Assembly (NCBI GenBank): GCA_017470005.1
Contig: JAFUFH010000086.1
Location: 15,881-79,880 of the forward strand
Source of the DNA: Bacilli bacterium
GTDB taxonomy: Bacteria > Bacillota_I > Bacilli_A > RFN20 > CAG-288
Direction of reading: 5' to 3'
DNA: 64,000 bases
The notes beneath the pieces are model-generated. The model ran no database searches. It saw only the letters and a program-made list of their open reading frames with translations, and was not told the origin of the DNA. A program made the position numbers and the translations under genes. Each line of letters begins with the position of its first letter. Position 1 is the stretch's first letter. Below, piece by piece: positions 16,827-26,061 of this stretch.

Positions 16827-17178
16827 AGTTATTGCGATTGCGATTGTATTCGCTCAACTCCGCATTGGCTCTCTCTTCTTCTTGAAGACGGCGGAGCATG
16901 TCTTGGAAAGACATACCTTCCGGTTGAACCAATTGGACATGTTTGATTTCAGGGATCTCATCCATGAGGAGAACTTCAATCGAGTCAGAGACATCGCTCT
17001 CTGCCATATAGCAACCATTGCAAGCGCCGCTCATGGTCACATAGCAAATACCCGTATCCAAATCAAAGCGCTCCAAATGGATATTACCACCTTCTCTTTG
17101 AAGGAAGGGACGGAGACGATCTAAGACATCTTCGATCTGTTGATTGAGCTGATTTAATTTTTCTTGTTCTGCACTCAT
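16825..17178 (-). CDS. NifU/Nfu-family Fe-S cluster scaffold domain protein
   Basis: GACNGCYMAESD CxxC motif. The start is taken at MSAEQEK, which has an AGAGG RBS. The longer track ORF is rejected. Confidence 0.7.
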   Translation of the reverse strand: MSAEQEKLNQLNQQIEDVLDRLRPFLQREGGNIHLERFDLDTGICYVTMSGACNGCYMAESDVSDSIEVLLMDEIPEIKHVQLVQPEGMSFQDMLRRLQEEERANAELSEYNRNRNN

Positions 17179-17247
17179 ATACACCTCTAAATTTTCAACG
17201 AAGGAATTATAACACCAAGAAAGAAAAGGTGTTAGCAATATGATTAT

Positions 17248-18435
17248 TTATTTTAAAATTGCGATGACGTGTTCTTGTCTTCCCCCGACCATGACAGGAT
17301 TTCTATTCTCATCGATATAGATATCGGTTTCACTTCTCATACCAAAATCCGGAGCATAAATACCTGGTTCTAAAGAGAAGGAGACACGAGGAAGAATCTC
17401 TCTTGTATCATGAGATTCATAATTGTCCATATTCACACCAGGACCATGGACATCACTTGCGATACAGTGTCCGGTTCTATGAGTGAAGTATTGACCGTAT
17501 CCAGCTTCTTCTACCACAGAGCGGGTGATGTCATCCACTTCATATCCTTCCACTCTTCTGTTAGGAAGATTCTCTTGTAAGAAAGAGAAAGCTTTATCCA
17601 CAGCTCTTCTTAAGACTTGGAATCTTTCTTCATAAAGAGAGGGAACTTCTTCACCGACATATCCCATCCAAGTGATATCAGCATAGATATTTTCTTTCCC
17701 GATCTTCTTTGCCCACATGTCAATCAAAACAGAATCACCTCTGACAATCTTTGAGTGATTTTCTTTGGTAGGACCATAGTGAGGATTCGAGGCTCTTTCA
17801 TTGACAGCAACTATCGCAGGATCATCAAATTCCATTCCTTCTTCTTGAAAACGAGTAGCAATGAATTGTTGAATCTCAAATTCGTCGCTGTAACCTTGCG
17901 TTAAGATGTCCTCTTTAATCTTTGCAAAAGCTTGATCTTTGATCTCTAATGCTTTCTGACAAGCCCATTTTTGACTCTCATAAGCAGCGGGAGAAAACTG
18001 AGAAGAGAAACGGGAGAGAATATCCATAGAAGAGAGGATATTCAATCCTAATTTTTGAATGAAATCCACCGAACCAAAGTCGGCTAGTGAGACTCTAGGA
18101 AGAAGTCCATTTTCAGAGATATCCATCAAAACGTTTTTATACGAAGCAAAAGATTCTCTTTCAATTTGAAGCATTTCTTTCCATGTGTGATACACTTTCA
18201 AATCAAAGTTTTTTGACACATCTTCATCACTTAAAAACACGGTGTCGATACTGTGAGTGATCAGATAGGATTTCCCCACTCTTGGGATGACTAAGAAGAT
18301 CTTTCTTGTCAACATCTTCTCGCCTAAAAAGGAGACCAGAGTAGGATTTCTATTCTCATAATCTACCATGATCCAAGCGTCAACATTCTTCTCGTTTAAA
18401 TAGGATTTTACTGTTTCAATGGAATTCATAAGCAC
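17248..18435 (-). CDS. M24 family metallopeptidase (Xaa-Pro aminopeptidase/dipeptidase)
   Basis: 395 aa. HRTGHCIASDVHGPG, plus a pita-bread fold with creatinase-like N-domain. Confidence 0.85.
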   Translation of the reverse strand: MLMNSIETVKSYLNEKNVDAWIMVDYENRNPTLVSFLGEKMLTRKIFLVIPRVGKSYLITHSIDTVFLSDEDVSKNFDLKVYHTWKEMLQIERESFASYKNVLMDISENGLLPRVSLADFGSVDFIQKLGLNILSSMDILSRFSSQFSPAAYESQKWACQKALEIKDQAFAKIKEDILTQGYSDEFEIQQFIATRFQEEGMEFDDPAIVAVNERASNPHYGPTKENHSKIVRGDSVLIDMWAKKIGKENIYADITWMGYVGEEVPSLYEERFQVLRRAVDKAFSFLQENLPNRRVEGYEVDDITRSVVEEAGYGQYFTHRTGHCIASDVHGPGVNMDNYESHDTREILPRVSFSLEPGIYAPDFGMRSETDIYIDENRNPVMVGGRQEHVIAILK

Positions 18436-18443
18436 CTCTAAAA

Positions 18444-18472
18444 AACTCCAATGATTATACCACCATTGGAGT
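18444..18472 (-). terminator. 10-bp inverted repeat (AACTCCAATG...CATTGGAGTT) between the Fic gene and the peptidase. A minus-sense TGGTATAAT lies in its loop.
   Basis: Hairpin followed by a T-run that runs directly into the AGAGG RBS of the peptidase. It could instead be a promoter-embedded operator. Confidence 0.45.
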
Positions 18473-18493
18473 TATTCTTGTGTGATTTGCTTA

Positions 18494-19195
18494 TTAATCT
18501 TCGTCCACGTAAGGGAGTCTAGGATCGGTGTAGAAGCAATTGTTGTAGATGAAGAGTTTTAATTTCTCGGGATCATTCGTTTCATAGAATTCGACTAAGA
18601 GCTTTAAGAATTCATCATTGCTTTCAGGACGGATAGAGAAGATACCCTGTCCGTGACGGAGAAGGAATTGATTGGTCAAAATATTTGCGCATCTCTTATT
18701 GCCATCGAGGAAGACTTGGGTTCTCATCAAATAGCAATAAAGATCTAATCCTCTTTCAATGAAAGTTTTCTTTGCTTCCACGATATCACGGATTCTGTTG
18801 TTGACTTCAAAGGAATCGGGAATTTGAGGGACATATTCCGTACCGGTGATGGTGACAACAGAAGTTCTCACTCTACCTGCATCATCGCTTAAGCCTCTAC
18901 CGTTGACGATTCTATGGATGACACAAAGAGTAGATAAGTCGGTAGGCATGTCGAGTAAGAATCCATCTTGTAAACGGTGATAGACGGTACGAAGGTTTTG
19001 GAGTTTCTTCAGTCCAGAGGGACGGGGAGAGGCGGGGAGTTCATCGTGTTTGATGTAAGCTCTGGCTTCCACGAAATTCATTCTCACACCTTCTAAATAA
19101 GCAGCATTGTAGACCAAATCGACCAAATTATCTTCGATCAAATCTACTTTCTGCTGCTCATTCATTTCTGCTTGGTCTTTAAAAACGGAATTCAT
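18494..19195 (-). CDS. Fic/Doc-family protein with a non-canonical active-site motif (QVFLDGNKRCAN)
   Basis: 233 aa with a Fic fold. The motif matches the Doc type, FxDGNKR, but the catalytic His is replaced by Gln and the second Arg is missing. Confidence 0.65.
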   Translation of the reverse strand: MNSVFKDQAEMNEQQKVDLIEDNLVDLVYNAAYLEGVRMNFVEARAYIKHDELPASPRPSGLKKLQNLRTVYHRLQDGFLLDMPTDLSTLCVIHRIVNGRGLSDDAGRVRTSVVTITGTEYVPQIPDSFEVNNRIRDIVEAKKTFIERGLDLYCYLMRTQVFLDGNKRCANILTNQFLLRHGQGIFSIRPESNDEFLKLLVEFYETNDPEKLKLFIYNNCFYTDPRLPYVDED

Positions 19196-19269
19196 ATTTT
19201 ATCCTCCTTTTGCTCTAGGATTAAAACTACCTTTATTATACTTCAATTGCGCCTATTTAGCGAGTAAGA

Positions 19270-19851
19270 TTATGCTTTCCAGATTCTTTTTTTGACCTCT
19301 TCTATCTTCTTGATCAATTTAGAATAAACTCTTTCCATCATCCATTTTTCACTGACATAATTTTCTAGTTCATATAGTGGAATCCACTTTACTCCAGTAT
19401 TCTCTTCTTCGTTGACAAAAAGGACATCTTCCTCACTTGCAAGAAGAAGATAGGTGACATTCATATGAAGATGAGAATTGACATATTGTTCTCTTTTGAT
19501 GTGACCAGAAACGGGTAAGACTTCAATGGAAAAAGGAGCTTCATCTAACAGATGGATATTCTCTACTCCACTCTCTTCTCTAGCTTCTTTCATGGCGACA
19601 AGAGAGAGGTTTTCCTCTCCATCCGCATGACCGCCAAGCCATGCCCAAGAGTTATAGATTTTGTGATAGGCAAATAAAACTTTATCTAAGGAAGAATTCA
19701 CCACAAAAGCGGAGGCGCTCATGTGAGCAAGAGTGTTGCTTCTTAAAAAAGCATTTTCGTTGGTATAGAGAAAATGAAGGATGACTTCCTTATCGATTCT
19801 CTCTTGTTCATCAAAGGGTTTATATTCCTGTAATTGTTCAACAATTGTCAT
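19270..19851 (-). CDS. NUDIX hydrolase
   Basis: GGHADGEENLSLVAMKEAREESGV nudix box. Confidence 0.8.
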   Translation of the reverse strand: MTIVEQLQEYKPFDEQERIDKEVILHFLYTNENAFLRSNTLAHMSASAFVVNSSLDKVLFAYHKIYNSWAWLGGHADGEENLSLVAMKEAREESGVENIHLLDEAPFSIEVLPVSGHIKREQYVNSHLHMNVTYLLLASEEDVLFVNEEENTGVKWIPLYELENYVSEKWMMERVYSKLIKKIEEVKKRIWKA

Positions 19852-19865
19852 ACTTCTATTATAAA

Positions 19866-20669
19866 TTATCCTAAAGCAATATCCAATATCATCATCAAGA
19901 TAAAGCCAAAGATAAAGGAGAAAACACCATAGTGAGAAGAATTGTTATCTTTCAAATCCGGAATCATCTCTTCTGCGACAACATAGATCATACAACCAGC
20001 GGCAAAAGAAAGAGCCCAAGGCATGATGGCTTGAATGGATAAAGCTAAGAATAATCCAGCGACAGCAGCGATAGGTTCCACCGCACCTGAGAACATACCA
20101 AATAAGAAAGCTTTCTTTTTATTACCTGTTTCAGAACGAACCGGAAGAGAGACCACAGCACCTTCTGGGATATTTTGTAATCCGATACCTAAAGCGAGCA
20201 TAAAAGCCGAAGTCATCACACCCATAGGACTTCCATCAGCGAGAGAAGCTAAAGCGACACCAAAAGCGATACCGACAGAGAGTCCTTCCGGGACATTATG
20301 GATAGTAACGGCTAAAAACATCTTAGAAGTTTTGGATAAACGTCTTGTCTGAATTCCCTCTTCTTCATTCTCTTTGACATGAAAGTGAGGAACAATCTTA
20401 TCGATGCCGTATAAGAAAAGTGCACCTAATAAGATAGAGATACCGACCACCAACCAGATAGGCATATAAGTGACTTCTGTCTCTAAAGAAGGAAGAATCA
20501 AAGAGAAAAAGGAAGCCGCTAACATGATACCTGCAGCAAAGCCGGTGAAGATTTGAGATACTTTATTCGAGATTTCTTTCTTTGGGAAAAAGAAGACAAC
20601 AGCACTGCCGAGTGTCGTGCAAAGAAAGATGAATGAGATTCCAAGAATCGTGGTTAAGATTGGGGACAA
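19866..20669 (-). CDS. zupT: ZIP family zinc/metal transporter
   Basis: 267 aa, 8 TM helices, HNVPEGLSVG motif. Confidence 0.85.
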   Translation of the reverse strand: MSPILTTILGISFIFLCTTLGSAVVFFFPKKEISNKVSQIFTGFAAGIMLAASFFSLILPSLETEVTYMPIWLVVGISILLGALFLYGIDKIVPHFHVKENEEEGIQTRRLSKTSKMFLAVTIHNVPEGLSVGIAFGVALASLADGSPMGVMTSAFMLALGIGLQNIPEGAVVSLPVRSETGNKKKAFLFGMFSGAVEPIAAVAGLFLALSIQAIMPWALSFAAGCMIYVVAEEMIPDLKDNNSSHYGVFSFIFGFILMMILDIALG

Positions 20670-20688
20670 AACAGACCTCCTTTCAAAT

Positions 20689-20717
20689 AGTTAGTTTGAA
20701 CTAACTTGCAAGATTAT
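20689..20717 (-). promoter_or_regulatory. zupT promoter -10 (minus-sense TATAAT at 20712-20717) overlapped by the palindrome AGTTAGTT-tg-AACTAACT (20689-20706); putative metal-responsive operator
   Basis: An 8+2+8 perfect inverted repeat sits between the -10 and the GGAGG RBS. Confidence 0.4.
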
Positions 20718-20801
20718 AACCCCCTCTTTTCTCATTTGCAACAAGAACACACTTTGTTTTATTTCTATTTCGTTTTAAAATATTTGCTAGATGTAAAAAT
20801 T

Positions 20802-21530
20802 ATGGCTAAGGCTTGTAGAGAAGATTTTGACCCCAAGTTCTTTAAAGGGGTAGCTCATCGTGGACTTCACAATGAACAATTTACAGAAAATGGATTAAAC
20901 GCATTTCAAAATGCGATCGATCACGAATTATCTTTTGAATTAGATATTCATCTCACCAAAGACAATGAATTGATTGTCTGTCATGATCCTGATTTAAAAA
21001 GAACCACTGGAAAAGAAGGAATCATCGAACATCTTACCAGCAAAGAGATTCGAGAGAATTATCGACTCTTAGATGGTGAGGTTGTTCCCACTCTTCAAGA
21101 AGTTTTAGATCTCAATAAGGAGAGAGAACTTATCGTTGTCGAATTGAAACCTTTAGAAAAGAATCATAAAGCACTCGCGAAGAAAGCGCTAGAAGTCTTA
21201 GAACAGATTCAAGATAAAAAGAAGATTACTCTCATCTCCTTTGATCCTAGAGCCCTTTGGCCTTGCAAAAAGTCTCCTTTCACTCGTGGACTTCTTTTAG
21301 CCAAGGTGAGATATGATGTCGCTTTCTTTAGAAATACGGTGGATTACATCGATATTGAAGATGTCTTAGTAGATGAACCTAAGATGAAAAAATACCGCCA
21401 AAAAGGTGGTATTGTCAATTGTTGGACCATCCGTACTCCAGAACAGTTTGAAGCGGTCAAAGAGAAAGTGGATACGGTCACATTTGAACTGATGGATGAT
21501 CAAATCGTCAAAGATTATTACAACAAATAG
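20802..21530 (+). CDS. Glycerophosphodiester phosphodiesterase family protein
   Basis: HRGLHNE...ENGLNAFQNAIDH...FELDIHLTKDNELIVCHDPDLKRTTG. The start is set at ATG 20802; the TTG-extended track ORF is rejected. Confidence 0.8.
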   Translation: MAKACREDFDPKFFKGVAHRGLHNEQFTENGLNAFQNAIDHELSFELDIHLTKDNELIVCHDPDLKRTTGKEGIIEHLTSKEIRENYRLLDGEVVPTLQEVLDLNKERELIVVELKPLEKNHKALAKKALEVLEQIQDKKKITLISFDPRALWPCKKSPFTRGLLLAKVRYDVAFFRNTVDYIDIEDVLVDEPKMKKYRQKGGIVNCWTIRTPEQFEAVKEKVDTVTFELMDDQIVKDYYNK

Positions 21531-21536
21531 CAAATT

Positions 21537-21562
21537 AAAGAGCGGACAACCCGCTCTTTTCT
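21537..21562. terminator. Bidirectional terminator (aagagcgg-acaac-ccgctctt) between convergent genes
   Basis: 8-bp stem with a T-run. Confidence 0.6.
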
Positions 21563-22560
21563 TATTCTTGATAATCGAAGAAAATATTGTTGTCGTGATA
21601 GGAGACAACACATCTTGCCCCACTCTTGATAGGAACCATCGGAGGAATGTGACCTAAATCGACATCGAAGAGAATCGGAATCTCTTTTCCTAAGATATCG
21701 GTGACTGCCGTAAACTTATTCACACCGAGAATATCTCTATCTAAACATAAAGGTCTACCAAAGATAAATGCTTTGGTATTTTTAAACCATCCCGCTTCTT
21801 TTAACTGGAACAAACCGCGTCGAATCTGAAGCGGATTTAAATCACAAGCTTCTAAGAAGAAGATATTTTCTTCGTGTCTTTCATTGAATTCTTTCATGTG
21901 GTCATATTTAGTGCCACAGATGGTGAGAAGACAATCTAAACATCCACCCACTAAGATTCCTTCTTCTTTCTCAAAGTTTTGAGAGATGATCTTCTTTTCT
22001 TTTCTTAGGACAAGGCGGTGGAAAGGACTCTTTGGATTATTGACTTCTCCGGAATATTTTTCAAATCCTTCTAAATGCTTCTCTCCTTTTAATAGATCAA
22101 AGACTTGTTTCTCCCCTAATCTCATGGGCTTCTCATAATAGGTAGTGAAGCAAGGACCATAAATAGAGATGACATCACAGATGGTAGTCAAAGTGAACGT
22201 GAGATTGGTGTTATCGCTGTAGCCGATAAACCATTTGGGTTGAGCTTCTTTGATTCTTTCAAAGTCGATGAAAGGAAGAATATCACACATCGTTTCTCCT
22301 CCACCCACAGAGAAGAGAACATTGCTTTCTTCATTCAAATAAGCGTCCATGAATTCTTTTGCTCTCAACTCTGGAGTATTTGAGGATAACACACCTTCAT
22401 TGAGATGAACATTCTCTCCTTCAACGACAGTATATCCTAATCGTTCTAATCGATATTTGGTTTTCTCATATCTCTCTTTATAAGGAGAAGTAGTCACACC
22501 AAAAGAAGGGGCTATTGTATATAAACGCTCGTTATATCGAATCCATTTTGCTTGTTTCAT
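21562..22560 (-). CDS. LD-carboxypeptidase (peptidase S66, LdcA/MccF-like)
   Basis: 332 aa. The GYSDNT nucleophile motif and the two-domain S66 layout. Confidence 0.75.
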   Translation of the reverse strand: MKQAKWIRYNERLYTIAPSFGVTTSPYKERYEKTKYRLERLGYTVVEGENVHLNEGVLSSNTPELRAKEFMDAYLNEESNVLFSVGGGETMCDILPFIDFERIKEAQPKWFIGYSDNTNLTFTLTTICDVISIYGPCFTTYYEKPMRLGEKQVFDLLKGEKHLEGFEKYSGEVNNPKSPFHRLVLRKEKKIISQNFEKEEGILVGGCLDCLLTICGTKYDHMKEFNERHEENIFFLEACDLNPLQIRRGLFQLKEAGWFKNTKAFIFGRPLCLDRDILGVNKFTAVTDILGKEIPILFDVDLGHIPPMVPIKSGARCVVSYHDNNIFFDYQE

Positions 22561-22632
22561 AATTGAATTCTCCTTTCAAAATTATACCATACAAAAACCG
22601 CTCCCGAAGGAGCGGCTTATCAATTTTGCTTA

Positions 22633-24558
22633 TTAAGCGGCTTTGCCGTAATCAAGAGGAGGAATTTCTCTTCCGGTAGCGACTCTGAGTTCTTCCAAGA
22701 TAGCTCTAGCTTCTTCGTCTTCTTTGGCGATCTTTTCAGCCTTAGCAGCTTCTTTTGCTTTCTGCTCAGGAGTCTTAGCAGCTTCTTTTTCTGCTTTCTT
22801 AGCTTCAGCAGCGGCTTTCTTTTCTTCTGCAGCTTTCTTGGCAGCAGCTTTCTGCTCGTTGAGTTTTGCTAATTCTTCTTCGTAATTGAGTCCCTTCTTT
22901 TGGCAGGTGACTTCTAATTCTTTGACTTCAGCTTCATAAGCTAACTGTTCGTCTCTTTCGGCATCCATAGCCATCTTAGTTTCGGGATCAACATAAGTTC
23001 CACCTTCTTTTTCCGTGAAGTACTTCTGATCTCTTTGGATAGCTTCGTGAGCGACATTGTTGAATTTTTCAACGTTCATGAAGATGAACATGAGGGCGAT
23101 AATCAAGTAGCAGACAACTTCGCCACCGAAGAAGAGAGAGGTGTTGAGGACTTGGTTGGGGACAGGATCAGCAACATTGTAAGGGATAGCAGCATTCAAA
23201 CCGGCGATGATACCATTGGCGATACCAGTCATACCGACCATGATGGAACCATATAATGCCATAGTGAAGCCGTCAGTTCTGACACCGTGGACAGCTTCTT
23301 GACGATCGAGGACGTCAGCCATTAAGGCCATAGAGATGTACATAGCAGGGCCAGTACCTAAAGCCTTGAGACAGAAGGCAGCGATGGAGACACCATAGAG
23401 ACCACCAGTGCTTCCGCCGATAGCGGGGATGAGGACTAAGAAGCCTAATGCGCCAGTAACAACAGCGAAGAGGGCGCCTAAACGGATAGCACCAGCTTTT
23501 CTGAACTTAGCAGCAAGAGGCCAAACAATAACCATACCTAATGCGGTAGGGATAGCACCGACAGTAGAGATGAGACCAGCTAATGCGATTTGGTTGTTGC
23601 CTAAGAAGGCTTGAGAGAACCAAGAGGCATCATTGTTCTTTAACATACCACCTAATTGATAGAAGAAGTAGAAGAGGATGATCAACCACCAATATTTATC
23701 TTTGGTACAGATCTTGATTTGTTCCTTCATAGGAATCTTCTTGACTTCTTTTTCTTCAGCAACATCAGCTCTTTCTAAATTGTTGAATTTTTCTTCGGTG
23801 ATTCTTTCACGAGTGAAGAAGTATTCTAATAAACAACCTAAGACTAAGGAGGCGATCATGACGATCATCAAGATAGTCCATTTACCATTACATTCAAGAC
23901 GTTCAGCTTCGTTGGTGAGCATATCGGTGTTCTTAGGAAGTAAACCGATAGCATCAACAAGGAAGGGACCGACCATACCAGCAAGACCAGCAGCACCAAG
24001 TTGGGCACCGTTTGCGGCAGTGGCTAAGAGAGAACGCTTTCCACCATCACGGGTAGAAAGGGAGACTAATGCAGAGTGAGAAGTGTAGTAGAAGGGCCAG
24101 GCAATAGCGTAGTAGAGGTTGTAACCGACGGCGACAAAGACTAAGGATAAGATGTTAGGCTTATCCGCAGTTGCACCTTCAGGGAAGGGGACTAAGAATA
24201 ATGCTAATAAAGCGACAGCGATTAAAGGTAAGCCGAGCAAGATCAAAGGTCTAGCTTTACCTGCGACGGAAGGTTTTCTTTCCATCAAACGACCAACGAA
24301 CAAGTTACCAATGACGATGACAATCGCAGAGATAACCGGTAACAATGTTTCGAAGATAGGAGCCCAAGTTCCTAAGCCTAAAACCTTGTCCCAATACTGC
24401 AAGACGTACGTGTTGACGACACCATTCGCGAGCATTGCGAGCATAGGACCAAGTAGGTAGCCTAAAGCAGTTTCAGGGAATAGTGACACTTTAGCGGATT
24501 TGATCTTCGTTGAGAGGAGCGGAGTTTCAAATACGCTTTTCTTCTTGGCTTTTTCCAT
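22633..24558 (-). CDS. MFS transporter (GPH-type sugar:cation symporter-like) with a roughly 110-aa K/A/E-rich cytoplasmic C-terminal tail
   Basis: 12 predicted TM helices. The tail reads KAAAKKAAEEKKAAAEAKKAEKEAAKTPEQKAKEAAKAEKIAKEDEEARAILEEL. GGAGG RBS. Confidence 0.75.
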   Translation of the reverse strand: MEKAKKKSVFETPLLSTKIKSAKVSLFPETALGYLLGPMLAMLANGVVNTYVLQYWDKVLGLGTWAPIFETLLPVISAIVIVIGNLFVGRLMERKPSVAGKARPLILLGLPLIAVALLALFLVPFPEGATADKPNILSLVFVAVGYNLYYAIAWPFYYTSHSALVSLSTRDGGKRSLLATAANGAQLGAAGLAGMVGPFLVDAIGLLPKNTDMLTNEAERLECNGKWTILMIVMIASLVLGCLLEYFFTRERITEEKFNNLERADVAEEKEVKKIPMKEQIKICTKDKYWWLIILFYFFYQLGGMLKNNDASWFSQAFLGNNQIALAGLISTVGAIPTALGMVIVWPLAAKFRKAGAIRLGALFAVVTGALGFLVLIPAIGGSTGGLYGVSIAAFCLKALGTGPAMYISMALMADVLDRQEAVHGVRTDGFTMALYGSIMVGMTGIANGIIAGLNAAIPYNVADPVPNQVLNTSLFFGGEVVCYLIIALMFIFMNVEKFNNVAHEAIQRDQKYFTEKEGGTYVDPETKMAMDAERDEQLAYEAEVKELEVTCQKKGLNYEEELAKLNEQKAAAKKAAEEKKAAAEAKKAEKEAAKTPEQKAKEAAKAEKIAKEDEEARAILEELRVATGREIPPLDYGKAA

Positions 24559-24867
24559 AAAAAAAATTTCCTCCAGTTTCTAAGATAAATTTTAATACAT
24601 TTTGTAAGCGGTTAAAATCTTTTTTTGTAAAAAAGCGAAATAAATATTTCATGAACCAAATTTGACAGTGAATATCTTTTGACAAAAAGGGGTCATTTGT
24701 CTTATTTTTGCCATTCTGCTCGATTTTAAGGGCGTAGTTTAAAAAAGAGATTGAAAGAGAAGGAAAAACAAATTTCTTCCGAAATCACGCGATATTTTTA
24801 AGAGAGAAATACATCTCTATTGATGTAAATTATCCCTCTTCGTGATAAAATCTCATGGAGTAGAATT

Positions 24868-26061
24868 ATGGTCAATCAGGAAATGCTCTCTTATGGGAAA
24901 CAAGCCTCCGTGATTCGAGAATTGTTTGAACAAGCAAAAAGAGAGAAGAAACTCATCGGTGAAGAAAATGTTTTTGACTTTTCTATCGGCAATCCTTCCA
25001 TTCCCACTCCCGAAAAGGTCAATCAAACGCTAATCGATCTTCTACAAAAAGAAGATAGTGTTCTTTTGCATGGCTACACTTCTTCTGCGGGTGACCTAAC
25101 TTCTAGAGAAGCTATCGCTACTTATTTAAATCAAAAATATCAGGCGAATTTATCTGGTAATCATATTTATATGACCGTAGGAGCTGCCGCTTCTTTAACC
25201 ATTTGTTTCCACGCATTGATAGAAGAAGGAGAGGAGATTCTTTGCTTCGCTCCTTATTTCCCAGAATATTCTGTCTTTGCTCATAAAGCAAAAGCCATCT
25301 TTAAACCGGTGAAATGCGATAAAGATTTCTTCCCAGATGTGCAAGATTTAGAAGCAAAGATCACAGAGAAGACCAAGATTGTTCTTTATAATTCTCCGAA
25401 CAATCCTACTGGCGCTGTCTATCCTAAGGAAAGATTAGAGGAGATTGCTGCTCTTTTAGAAAAGAAACAAAAAGAATATCATCATGAAATCTATTTAATT
25501 TCGGATGAGCCCTATAGAGAATTAATCTACACTTCTACCCCTTATCCTTTCATCACCAACATCTACGACAATTCTCTGGTTTGTTATTCCTTCTCTAAAT
25601 CTCTATCCTTACCCGGAGAGAGAATCGGATATATCGCGATGAGTGAGAAAATGAAAGATGTAGAAGATGTCTTTGCTGCTATTTGTGGAGCAGGAAGAAA
25701 TCTTGGCTTTGTTTGTGCCCCTTCTCTCTTCCAAAAATTGATTCCTTCTGTGTTAGGAATCACAACGGATATTTCCTTATATCAAGAGAATCGAGACTTG
25801 CTTTGTTCTATCCTTTCTCAATTAGGATATGAATATGTTAAACCCGATGGCGCTTTCTATCTCTTTTTGAAGGCATTAGAAGAAGATTCTCTTTCTTTTT
25901 CTAAGATAGCAACAAAATTCCATCTCTATTTGGTTCCTTCCGATTCCTTTGGATGCAAAGGATATGTCAGAGTTGCTTATTGCACAAAGAAAGAAACCAT
26001 ACAGCGTTCTAAAGATGCGTTTAGACAATTAAAAGAGTATTATGACGAGGTGAAGAAATGA
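24868..26061 (+). CDS. PLP-dependent aminotransferase class I/II (aromatic/aspartate aminotransferase), first gene of the aro operon
   Basis: 397 aa. The SFSKSLSLPGERIGY PLP-lysine motif. An upstream promoter TTGATG-N17-TGATAAAAT and a GGAG RBS. Confidence 0.85.
   Translation: MVNQEMLSYGKQASVIRELFEQAKREKKLIGEENVFDFSIGNPSIPTPEKVNQTLIDLLQKEDSVLLHGYTSSAGDLTSREAIATYLNQKYQANLSGNHIYMTVGAAASLTICFHALIEEGEEILCFAPYFPEYSVFAHKAKAIFKPVKCDKDFFPDVQDLEAKITEKTKIVLYNSPNNPTGAVYPKERLEEIAALLEKKQKEYHHEIYLISDEPYRELIYTSTPYPFITNIYDNSLVCYSFSKSLSLPGERIGYIAMSEKMKDVEDVFAAICGAGRNLGFVCAPSLFQKLIPSVLGITTDISLYQENRDLLCSILSQLGYEYVKPDGAFYLFLKALEEDSLSFSKIATKFHLYLVPSDSFGCKGYVRVAYCTKKETIQRSKDAFRQLKEYYDEVKK

Noticed and set aside
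20706-20801. N-terminal extension of the GDPD ORF
   Set aside because: The extension is an AT-rich promoter region. The homologous GDPD domain starts at MAKACREDF, at ATG 20802.
24559-24867. T-box leader upstream of the aromatic amino-acid operon
   Set aside because: No T-box sequence (AAUUAGGGUGGUACCGCG-like), specifier-loop/AGAGA motif or terminator/antiterminator alternative could be found by eye. Only a promoter and short inverted repeats are present.
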